A stretch of DNA of 64,000 bases from Azolla caroliniana. Taxonomy: Eukaryota > Plantae > Polypodiophyta. The notes beneath the pieces were generated by a model that was not told the origin of the DNA, ran no database searches, and worked only from the letters and a program-made list of their open reading frames with translations. Location of the stretch: assembly GCA_043228905.1 (NCBI GenBank), contig JBHGNT010000148.1:1-64000 (forward strand), given 5' to 3'. The position numbers and the translations under genes are program-made. The number at the start of each line of letters is the position of its first letter. The stretch's first letter is position 1. Shown piece after piece: positions 52,510 through 64,000 of this stretch.

Positions 52510-54735
52510 TGATAACCAAATGGGTCGGCAACAACAGAACTTCAAGCACAAGAGAGAAAAAAAAGAGAACTAAAAGGGACACGAGATGTTAACGTGGAAA
52601 ACCCTAAATGGGAAAAACCACGGGAGCCCACAAACCCCAAACAAAATCACTATATCGAGAAGGAGTACAAGAGACTCGTAGGCAACAACCTCGAGCTTGT
52701 CTTCATCTAACCGACAGTTACTAGCACACACACTCTCTCTCTTTCCTTGCTCGAGTTCTTAACACTATACAAACACAGTCAACTGTATAATAACCTCTCT
52801 CACACAAACTAATGTTAGCCCTAAGTGTATTTATACTTATACACTTCTAAGGGTTATTTACAAATATAGCCTCTAATCGGTTATGGCTCAATCGGGTTTC
52901 CGAATACTTTTTGGATCCGGATTCCGGATGCATGTTGGATGTCTTCTGGCCAATCTGGATCCGGCTATCCAATGTGTCCCATCCGGAAGGACTTGAATCC
53001 CAACAAACTCCCCCTTCACTCCGGTATGGGAAGATCCATCAGACCTGCTCGTTGTCAGCATGCTTTTAACTTGTCCATCAACAACACCTTGGTCAACATG
53101 TCTGATCCGTTGTCATTCGTGTGGATCTTCACTAGTTCCAAATCCCTTTCTTCTACCCTCTCTCTAAGCCAATGATATTTTCGGTGGATGTGCTTGGTTC
53201 TCGAGTGGTAGGCGACATTCTTTGCAATGTGGATGGCACTTTGATTGTCATAATGGAGTCAGAATTGCTCTTGCCGCTTTCCCAACTCACTAATGAAATC
53301 TCTCATCCATATCATTTCGTTGCTAGCTTCGACGACGGCCATGTACTCCGCTTCCGTGGTCAACAAAGCCACAACCTTCTGCAACTTTGATTGCCACAAG
53401 GTAGCCCCCCCTACATAGGTCATCACGCATTTGGATGTGGAGCGACTGGTATCAACATCAACTGACATGTCGGAGTTCGTGAAGACTTCGAACACGGGGT
53501 TACCTGAGCCGTATCGTAAGCATACTCCTGAGGTGCCTTTTAGGTATCGAAGTATCCACTTGACCGCAATCCAATGTTCCTTGCCATGATTGCTCACGAA
53601 GCAGCTGACCAATCCCACAACATAGGCGACGTCCGGTCTGGGCACACCATTGCGTACATTAGGCTTTCAACTATTGAGGCATACAATATCTTATTCATCT
53701 GCTATTCGGAAGGGATCCCAATAGTAGCAATGCCAATACCTCATCGGCTAGAGGTACTAGCAGAGAGGTGATCTGGTTTATTAGTCCTTGAAAGGTGTTC
53801 AGGTGCTCAACCATGCTTGAGTCATCCCGATACCTCAGTCTCACTATCTTTCTGAAGATTGAGGCTTTGTTTACGGCGTTCTTGTTCTCGAACATGAACT
53901 CGATCTTCTTCCACGAGACTTCAACATTTGTCTCCTTGTCAAAGTTGTTGTATAGACTCATGTCTATAAAACACCTTATGTATGTCATTGCCTTCAGATG
54001 CATGACTTCCCAAGTAGATGCATCGATCTTGTCAGGCTTGTTCTTGCCGTATTGCACCAACAACCATAAGTCTTTACATACAAGCATATCCCTCATCTTC
54101 GACTTTCAGATAGAGTAGTTGGAGCCGATTAGCTTGAACATTCAACCAAATGAGTCGTCCATATTCCTTCGCTCTGATAACAGTTTGATAGCTAAATGGG
54201 TCGGCCACAACCGAACTTCAAGCACAAGAGGGGGAAAAAAGAGAATTAAAACACAGAGACACGAGATGTTAACATGGAAAACCCTAAAAAGGAAAAACCA
54301 CAGGAGCCCATAGACCCCAAACAGAATCACTATATCGAGAAGGAGTACAAGAGACTCGTCAGCAACAACCTCGAGCTCGTCTTCATCTAACCGACGGTTA
54401 CTGCCACACATTCACTCACTCTTTCCTTGCTCGTGTTCTAAACACCTTACAAACACACAGTCAACTGTATAATAACCTCTCTCACAAAAACTAACGCTAG
54501 CCCTAAGTGTATTTATACTTATACACTTGTAAGGGTTATTTACATATATAGCCTCTAATCGGTTATGGCTCAATTGGGTTTCTGGATGCTTAGGATATAA
54601 GTCCCTTCGGATGGGACGCGTTGGACAGCCGGATCCAGATTCTGGATGCTTGCTGGATGTCTTCCGACCGATCCGGTTCCTCATCCAGATCTGACTGTCC
54701 AACGTGTCCCATCCAGAGGGACTTGTATCCCAACA
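52510..54735 (-). mobile_element. Internally deleted, non-autonomous Ty1/copia LTR retrotransposon with both LTRs and TSD
   Basis: LTRs 54735-54186 (5') and 53005-52510 (3'), TG...CA. TSD tttaa on both sides. PBS-like tgttatcagagc and PPT gaagggggag. The interior holds only the gag N-terminus (54141-53702) and the RT end/RNase H (53701-~53040). Confidence 0.93.
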
Positions 54736-56367
54736 TTTAACTAGTCATACAATTGTAGATAATGTGTATTTGATTCAAATAGTATGAATGATAGATAACA
54801 CTAGCTTGGAAATGCAATTGATTGTGACGGGATTCAATTCCATGAGCTTTGGATTCACTATCCAACACATTTTGCTATGTAGCTTCGTGAATGGTGTATG
54901 AAAAGACAGTGGGGAGTTGCCACAAGAGGATGATGCAACAAAACACAATTACCACAAGTGTTATCATACACAAAATTTAGAATGTATAGTTGGTTGTGGA
55001 ATGATATTCAAGAAAAGGAATGGACGCAATGACATACAACACAAGCGAATGATGGTTCTACAATAATATCTCCTATGATGCATTCAACCCCATGAAATAT
55101 GGATATGTGTACAACACAATAATCTACGTGAACTTTCTATTCATATAGAGCATCTAGATTCAATGTCTTAAAGAAGTTATGGCAACCACCCACAATCAAT
55201 TGATCCCACTCTTCTCACTCTCTTTAGATTCCCTTGTAGTTAGAACTTGGGGTTTACTATTCTACCCCACATTGTAAGCATTAAAGCGCCACACTCCTAT
55301 CTTGGCCTCACACTTCTTGGGGACGTACTAATTGTGTTTTGGATAGTCATGTTCTATTGTGTTTTCAGGGTATCTTTGGTTTGTGTTTGAGTTGGGTGAG
55401 GGTTAGGGTTAGGGCCTCCTTATCATGAGTATTAAGTTGAGCAATTTGATGCTTTCATCTATGTTAATCATGGGGTGACGACTTATTTCATGCATAGTGT
55501 GCGTGCACCTAAAGTTTTTGGTTGATTGATTTTCACATAATACATTGCACCCTTCAAGGTTGTTTTGGAGTAGCTTTGTTGACCGTTCCGTTAAATGTTG
55601 ACCATTCTGTTTAAATGATGGGATATTTTCTAATACTAGAAACATATAACAAATGACGTGATTGGTTTTATTAAGAATGAAAGCCCATAGAAAAGGATAA
55701 ATTAGTCAATGATGTAAAAAGGATTCAAAGGGCAGAATAAACATTAAGTGCGATATAGCTAGATAGGCTAGCGAGTGATGGAAGCACAATCACACATGTA
55801 TATGAAAGATAGGCAATCAATCAATTCTAGAGAGAGAAGTATCAACAAAATAAAACATATCTAAGCTTAGGAGAATAAGAATATACGTGATCAATGTCGA
55901 TGCATAAACCTTTTAACCAAGCCTACTCTATCGACTTTTTCTTTCCCTCTTAACTCTTCTAGTTTAAAGTGTCATTAAATTAAGTATATATGAAACCATC
56001 TTTGAGTTCATTAAGTCATTAAAACAACATAGAGAGATGTTCCTCTATTGGTTAATATGACATCTTCTTATGTGTTGAGAATCAAGCTCAACTTGGTCTA
56101 GTGTGTGAACTCACCTTGAGAGTGAAGAGACACTCCAACAGTCAAGAGTCACCATTATGTCACCACTTTGTATTCTAGCATTTAGTATGAGTCATAGAAT
56201 CATATTCTATGACACATAACTTATGAGCTTTCACATTCCCCATGCTCCATGAGTCTTGTAGTTAATGAAGAGAGAGGATGACTACATAAAGCACCCTCCT
56301 CCCACCTTGTAAAATGTTGAGTCTTTCTCCTTTGTCAATATACTTTTACCTTGTGTATTCTCTGTGT

Positions 56368-56405
<38 letters not shown>

Positions 56406-56774
56406 CACACACATAACTCACATCTCTTCCGCTTCACAAGAATCCATCTCTTCATTCTTTACATTGTGCATTGAAATCACCTTTTACTACCCCCATAAAT
56501 CTAATGAGATTGAAGCCGGCCACAACCGGTTATACTCTAGTGTTTACTGGTGTAGAGATTTGAACAAACAAAAAAACGGGAAGCAAAATACACACATTCA
56601 GTAACACAAGATGTTTTACGTGGAAACCCTAACAAGGGAAAACCACGGGAGTCTACGAACTACAAACTCTTCCACTATGCAAGAGGAAATACATAGAGAC
56701 TCGAAAGCAACAACCTTGAGCTCATCTTCTTCGCCTGATGGCGGTTATAGTGGAGATGCGACAAAACACACACA

Positions 56775-56819
<45 letters not shown>

Positions 56820-56869
56820 TGAAAACACACAATTATATTAATAAATGTGTGTAAAAAACACTACTTACA

Positions 56870-57500
56870 ATGGGTGTGACAATGGAATATGGTCACCCAC
56901 TAACTACACTACATGGGTAATGGAACATGTTGAATTGCCAATAGCCAAGACGAACACTCTATCGAAGAAAGAATTTCCACTTGCTCCAATAAAGAAAATT
57001 GCCACATTAGTACTCCCTTCAATTTTCGTAGATATGCTTTCACTCCATGTCTACCATCGAATACAAAAGCGTTATGCATATTCCAATTATGACGCAATCC
57101 CCAATATCTCAAAAATAGAAAAACGATCTCCATCTCAGATTTTGGGTCAACCTGTGTAAATTGTGCAAACACCCACTGTCTAGATGTCAAATAACATCGT
57201 GATAAGACTTGCCAAATTTGAGAAATGTAACTCCAAATCTGACAAGCAATCAGACATTGTATAAATCGATGAGTATTATCTTCCATTTGAACAATGCAAA
57301 AGATGCAATTACTCGTTGCTAGTCCATGCTGCTCTAGAGCTAATCCCAAAGGCAATCCTCCAATCAAAACTCTCCAAATGAAGACTTTTGCCACGAGTGG
57401 CAATTTAGAATGCCAACTACGTTGTAAGATTTGCCACAACCCATGATTGGATTTGTGTATTCTCCATTCTTCTTTACCCTTAGGTGATAACCATCCAAGA
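56870..57500 (-). mobile_element. LINE zf-RVT fragment nested in the copia element
   Basis: KVFIWRVLIGGLP..CIFCIVQMEDNTHRFIQCLIACQIW..YWGLRHNWNMHNAFVF. It replaces the copia RNase H end, the PPT and part of the 3' LTR. Confidence 0.85.
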
Positions 57501-60500
57501 GATTGCCACGAGATGGCTCCCCCTACATAAGTCATTACATACCCCGACGTGGACCGGTTGGTGTATACATCAGCCGACATGTCGCAGTCGGTAAAACCTT
57601 CTAATATGGGATTACCTTAGCCGAATTGGAGGCACACACTCGAGGTGTCTTTAAGGTACTGAAGTATCCACTTCACTGTTGCCCAATGCTCTATGCCCCG
57701 ATTGCTCATGAATCGGTTGACGAGTCCGACATCATATCCGATGTCCGGCCTAGTGGAAACCATCGCATACATAAGGCTTCTGACTGTGGAGGTGTAAGGT
57801 ACCTTCTTCGACTTTGGACTTTGTCTACCGAAAAATTAGCTATTTGTCGACAATGTCCACTCTTCGTGTTTTGCATGTTAAACCTCTGGAACACTTTTGT
57901 CACGTACTTTTCTTGTGACAACCACAATAGTCTCTTTGTCTAATCAAGGACAATGTGCATCCCCAGGACATGCCTTGCCGGACCCATATCCTTCATTGAG
58001 AATGACTTCCTCAAGGCCTTCTTCAGCATTCAGATCTTGATATGGTCTCGTCCGACTATCAGCATGTCGTCTACGTACAACAGGAGTATGAGGAATGCTC
58101 CTCCATCGAACTTCTTCACGAACACACAGTGGTCGGCCTGCGCCTTGTGGTATCCTTGGTTGGCCATGAAGGATTCGAACTTCCAGTACCACTACCAAGG
58201 AGGGAGCCTACTTCATTCTGTAAAGGCTTTTCCTCAACCGACACACCAGGTTCTCCTTTCCTTTTTCGACAAATACTATTGATTGTTGCATATAGATTTC
58301 CTCTTCAAGGTCTCCATGTAGGAACGTCGTTTTGACATCCACTTGTTCGACTTCAAGGTCCATGTTGGCCACTATGCTCAGCACCGTTCAGATGGATGTC
58401 ATCTTTACTACTGGGGCAAAAATCTCATCGAAATCCACTCCCTTCTTTTGTTGGAAGCCTTTCACGACAATTCGGGCCTTATACCTTGGTGGATTTCCGC
58501 CATCTCCTAGTTTCAGTTTATACAACCATTTATTCTGGAGTGACCTCTTTAATTTCGGCAACTCCGTCAGCTTGTATGTGTGGTTCTCATGTAAGAAATC
58601 CATCTCCTCTTGCATTGCACTTAACCACTTACGGTTGTGGGTGCCCCTCTTTGCTTCCTCGAAGCTTTCCGGCTCCCCCTCGCCGGTTAGCAACATATAT
58701 TCTTTATCCAAGAATCTCTGGGGGGCACATCTTTCTCTCAAAGGGTATCGTCTTCCTATGTTTAGGGCACATCTTTCTCAACCGGCTTGTTAGGACCTTC
58801 CTCTTCTCCTTCGGTTAGTTCTTCGTCTAGGTCGAAGTTGACTACTTCTTCTTCCTCATCGGATCCGATTCTGACTCCCAACTAGCCTCTGACCGACCCG
58901 ACTCTCGGTCCGACTTCGATCGGCTCTCCATGTTCTTCAATCGACTTTCAACTTCCAACTGTTTAGGAGGATGTATCTAACTTCTCTTTCTCCTAGTAGA
59001 CAATAGTCTTCTCCTCCATGAAGGCTATGTCTCGACTCCGAATGACCTTCTTGTCGGCTAAGTCCCACAACCGATAGCCGAACTTGTTATTGTCGTATCC
59101 AAGAAATATACATGGTCGATTCTTCGTATGTAGTTTTCCCCTCTACTCCTTTGCCACATGCATGTAGGCAAGACAACCAAACACTCTGATGTCGGTAGGA
59201 GACGTCTTTGCCGGTCCACAGCCTTTGTGGAATATCTTCGTCCGAGGGCACTGAGGGTGATATGTTTATCACGTACACTGTCGTCATCACTGCCTCAGCC
59301 TAGAAAGTCTTGGACAACTTGGCATGTGCCAACATACTTTGGACCCTCTCCATAATGGTTCGGTTCATCATCTCGGCCAGTCCGTTGAGTTTTGGCGTCT
59401 TCGGCACAGTGTATTCGAGTCGGATTCCCTTCGACTAACAGTACTCTTCGAACTACCCTCAGTATTCACCTCCATTGTCCACTCGAACCACTTTCAGCTT
59501 CCAGCCGGTCTCTCTTTCGGCTTTCGCTTGGAACTCCTTGACGTTCTTGGTCTTCAATACCGAAGCCCACAACTTCCAACTATAGTCATCAATGAAGGTC
59601 ACAGAATATTGTGAACCAACATGTGACTTGATGTCAACATAGCATACGTTGATATGCATGAGTTCCAGCAGCATTCTCTTCCTTGTTGGGGGCCTAGTTC
59701 GGAAGGAGGTTCTGTTATGCTTTCCAGCCAAGCAATTAGTGCATTTCTCAAGTTGCACGTTCTTCACCTCCAGGATGAGGTTATCGTCGGCAAGTCTTTG
59801 CATCCCCTTCTCACTCATGTGACACAATCTCATGTGCCACAGCTCACCGACTGTGTCAGCTGCCACATTCACTTCTTCCCGACATATTCGAGCATGCATT
59901 AGGTACAATGTGTTGGTCTTCCAAGCTTGGGTCACAATCGAGCTCCCTTTGTTGAACTTTAGGATGTCATTCCAGATGCTACCCGTGTAGCCTTCATAAT
60001 CCAGCCGACCGGCTGATATTAGATTCAATCTAACTTCCAAAATGTGTCGGACATCCTTCAACACTAATCTGCACTCGGTTGAGGTTACCAAACACACTTC
60101 TCCTATGTCGACAATTTGGCATGCTACTTCATTCCCCATCTTCACAAAGTCGTGGTCTCTAGCTCTATATGATGAGAAGCACTTTCGGTCGGGGGTCAGG
60201 TGAAACGACACTCCGGAGTTGACCACCCATGTCGATTCACCACTGACAAGATTCGCTTCCTTCTACTCACTAATCAGCAATAGCTCCTCCTCACTTGTCA
60301 CGATTGCCGAGGTGTTCATTTTGTCCAGAATCTTCTTCGGCTGAACACCATCGGTTCCCCCTTTGTATTTCCGATAGTGTCGGCAATTTTTCTGGAAGTG
60401 CCCCGACTTCCCACAATAAAAGCACGTGGGCCTCCCCCTTGACTTCGACCTAGTCTCCGACTTCCCGGTTTTGGGGACCTCTGTTGGACCGGCCTCTTCC

Positions 60501-61341
60501 CCAATTCGTGTCATCTTCCATGACTAAGGCCTTTGGATTGGAAATTGCCTCTGTGTCCTCCTGATGAGCTTCCTTGTTCAGCAATCTCGACTTCACCTTC
60601 TCCAAGGATAAGTGTTTCCCTTCCAATCCGGCATTACCCAATGTGACAACAAGTGTCTCCCAGCTATCCGCAAAGGATCCCAACAATAATAATGTTAGTA
60701 CCTCGTCGGCTAGAGGTACTTCCAGAGAGGTGGTTTGGTTTATCAGCCCTTGGAATGCATTTAGATGCTCCACCATGTTGGAGCCATCTTGATACCATAG
60801 TCTCACTATTTTCCGGAACACTAAGACTCTGTTAACAACATTTTTGTTCTCGAACATAATGCCGATCTTCTCCCAAAGGACATCCGCCTTGTTCTCCTCA
60901 TTGAAGTTGTTGTATAGAATCATGTCTATAAAACATCTGATGTATGTTGCCGCCTTCAGATGCGTGAGTTCCCAAGTCGATGCATCAATCTTGTCAAGCT
61001 TGGTGTTGTCGTATTCCACCGGCAACCATAAATCTTTGCACGCCAACATGTCCCTCATCTTCAACTTGCACACAGAATAGCTGGAGCCGGTAAGTTTGAA
61101 CATATGCCGCCAAATGAGTCTTCCATCACTCTAATACCAGTTTGATGAGATCGAAGCCGGTCACAACCGGTTATACTCTAGTATGTACTGGTGCAATTAT
61201 TTGAACAAACAGAAAAACAGGAAGCAAAATTCACAAGATGTTTTACGTGGAAACCCTAACGGGGGAAAACCACGGGAGTCCACGAACTCCGAACTCTTCC
61301 AATGTGCAATAATAGGAAATACAAAAAGACTCGCAAGTAAC

Positions 61342-61728
61342 AAGTGCATCTCTTTATCACAGATTTCCTGGCCGAAGGTTTGGTAAACACTTTAGGATAT
61401 TTGGACAAATTCCTTGCACCCTATCTGACAATGCCTATTTTCTCCAATGGACACAATTTTGGGCACTTTGGACCATTTGGACAGCCCACAATAATAAGGT
61501 CTTTGATCGAAACCAACTGCATGAAGTTAGCTTCTTTAAGCAATCCCTCAGGCAATCTCTATTTGATCGTCTACAACTTAGAGACATCACACTCCAAATT
61601 TACAACCTTTGCTTTGAGTGCTTTTAAGCTCTTTAGTGTCTAATCGACACTTTTATATTTTTCGTTATGATTTTCACCTCACTTTGAGGTTTCCCACTAG
61701 TAATAAAAGTGTTACTAAAAAAAAAGGG
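61342..61728 (+). mobile_element. Short LINE 3' fragment inserted in the copia 5' LTR
   Basis: Encodes FWALWTIWTAHNNKVFD (LINE LW.IW..RN..VF motif). AATAAA at 61702 and A9 tail. TSD ctcgcaag(t/c)aac at 61330-61341 and 61729-61740. Confidence 0.8.
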
Positions 61729-62021
61729 CTCGCAAGCAACTACCTCAAGCTCGTCTTCTTCGCCTAATGACGGTTACAGTAGAGATGCAACAACACGCTC
61801 TCTCTCTCTCCCTCTCTCTCTCTTTGGTAAAAGCACACAATTATATTAATTGTATGTAAAATCCACTTAGTTACAACACTTCTTAGTCTCCACTACCTAT
61901 CATATGCCTATGTAGGGAGAGGGACGTTCTGTAATGCTATTAAAAAACCTAAATATGCATTTGAGGAAATGATCCCCACATTCTCTAACATCCAAAAATT
62001 CCACATGAGAATACCTTTAAG

Positions 62022-62060
<39 letters not shown>

Positions 62061-63668
62061 CACTTACAACAGTATGAACATAATACCTAACATTTTGCCC
62101 TAGTTATATTTATACTTATATAACTTTGGGCTATTTACAAATCTAGCCTAAATAGCCGCAACACTAAACCTATTTCCATATGTGGCCTCTTCTGGATGCC
62201 TATCCAAATTCGATATGGTCTCTCTTTTCCTTCAGATCCTGCTGATCTGGCTCATGCTCTCCTTCCCATCCAGAGGGACCTTGTTTCCCAACAAAATCCA
62301 CACCTTAGTCGCCAAACACTTCATAGTCAAGGCAAACCATTCCTCATTCTCGACCTCTATAGTGCAAGTTGGCCTTTTGAATCACTACACTTTAAAGCTC
62401 GATAGCCAACCCATGCTAGGTTTCGGATACTTTATACAACATTGGCAACAATAATACCATCTCAATAATGAAAATCACAAAATCTATAAATGTGAGAGGC
62501 CAACAAACTGACTTAATGATCAAAAGGCTCCTCCATAGGCTTGCATATGTTCACCAAGTCCTATTGTTGAAAGATATTTCACACTTCAATGGTATTCTTG
62601 AGCATCACAAGAGTTCCTTAAAACAACTGTAAACAATATCCAAAGTTTACATCTACCTCCCTAAACCTCTTCCCATCGACGAACAATCCCAACACCCATC
62701 TCTGACCCAAGTGATCTAATCTCATAGACATGCACCTAGGCTTGCGTAGTCATTAAGTCAGGGGTATGTTAACAAATTTCATACAAAAAGACATGGTTAA
62801 AGTTCAAAAGACCAATGTGGTTTGGTTGTATATTGAGACATTAATTGATTAAAACCAATTAGCTCATTGATTAAGTGACATTTAGCTCATTTGGTTGTAT
62901 TTGGAGGTTAGATTTGTAGTTTACTCATTCATTCTCATTGTTCATTCGTAGACTAGGAGTGGTTTGACACCCCTCTCATAAATGTTGTCTTGATTCCCAT
63001 ATATCTTAGTTCTAGGATAGTTAGGTTGAGCTTCTAAAATGTGAGGTGAGGAACTAAACTTTCAGACAATGACATTTTATTTGATGATGGGTGTTTATAT
63101 TTTTGAGGTAGATATTCGACCCGTGGCTCTCTATTGGCTAGACATTTTGGAGTGATCGTGTCTTGAATCATTCATCGAGGGAGGTCACGTGATGGAATTG
63201 AGCTTGAGCACACACATAGGTGAAGATTAAATGATCATGTTCATTGGCAAATTGAAAGGATTATTCTGAGACGAACTATCTAGATTGCCGAATGAATTTA
63301 TTAGCTTGGTACTAAGCAAGAATATGAATTCCATGTTTTATTAGCACATGTTAAACTCAAAAAAAGAAAATGTATCCATTGGGCAACAATGGTATCAACT
63401 GAGCTTCGATTGTGTGAAAATGGTCAAAGAAAAAGTTGATACCTTGTTGCAAGTAATACTCATACAATCGATAAGATAAGCAATGTGGATGTCACCCATT
63501 GTGTAGTCTCATGGGAAAACAACAAAATAAGAGCATGTTGATTTAGTGGAAGTTGGATATGGTGTGGGAATGGTCTCCAAATTTAGGGGCATGTGTGAAT
63601 AATGGAGGGATTCTTATCAATATGAGTTGTGCCATTCAATGTGTTAAGTGATTATTAAGTATTTGGGT

Positions 63669-63708
63669 ATGTTTTTATGTTTTTATGTTTTTATGTTTTT
63701 ATGTTTTT
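63669..63708. repeat. (atgttttt)n microsatellite
   Basis: Direct reading, about 5 units. Confidence 0.85.
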
Positions 63709-64000
63709 AATGATAACACTTGGCCATTGCAATGGGACATGACCAAAACCCATTTAACACTTGTTGCCGCAAATGGTTATTTTTCTATCACATGGCACCA
63801 TGTAGCAAGATAAGTACTACATTGAAGACAATATCAAAGTGAATGGTGATTCAAATGTGAATTCGGCACATAACATGAATGGTGTCAAGGACAATGGTGG
63901 CAATGGTGGCAATGGTGGCCAGGATGACACTCAAGATGGTGGATCCATGGCAATTAAAATCAAATGGTTGGTTGCAAATGGAGATAGTGATCCAATGACA

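Larger units (their letters stand above)
56502..62293 (-). mobile_element. Degenerate near-full-length Ty1/copia LTR retrotransposon
   Basis: TSD aaatc at 56497-56501 and 62294-62298. 5' LTR 62293-61143 (with insertions), PBS tggtattagag, 3' LTR remnant ~56870-56502. Domain order: gag (CFYCGKSGHFQKNC), PR (WVVNSGVSFH), INT (LWHMRLCHMS..CTNC, RVDNGGEY), RT (YKARIVVKGFQQKKGVDFDEIFAPV), RNase H. Many stops and frameshifts. Confidence 0.93.

Overview
Eukaryotic, AT-rich land-plant nuclear DNA (spliceosomal introns, microsatellites, heavy TE load). Gene divergence suggests a non-seed plant such as a fern, which is inference only. Six complete genes were reconstructed by hand: an intronless GT92/DUF23-like glycosyltransferase (-), a 13-exon farnesyl diphosphate synthase missed by the ORF track (-), a 4-exon class III peroxidase (-), a 4-exon chloroplast DUF3493/LPA1-like gene with a GC-AG intron (+), an intronless MAKR/BKI1-family gene (+) and a 3-exon papain-like protease (+). 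The 3' end of an unidentified ORF lies at the window start. TEs: two related Ty1/copia elements with TSDs (one internally deleted, one invaded twice by LINEs), at least 7 truncated L1/Tx1-like LINE pieces, and two hAT MITEs with 8-bp TSDs. No CRISPR array, rRNA or intact tRNA was seen, and no unambiguous new multi-gene system. The best leads are the atypical GT92-like gene, a shared C-terminal domain and 3'-terminal motif across divergent LINE families, and the MAKR/BKI1-like protein.
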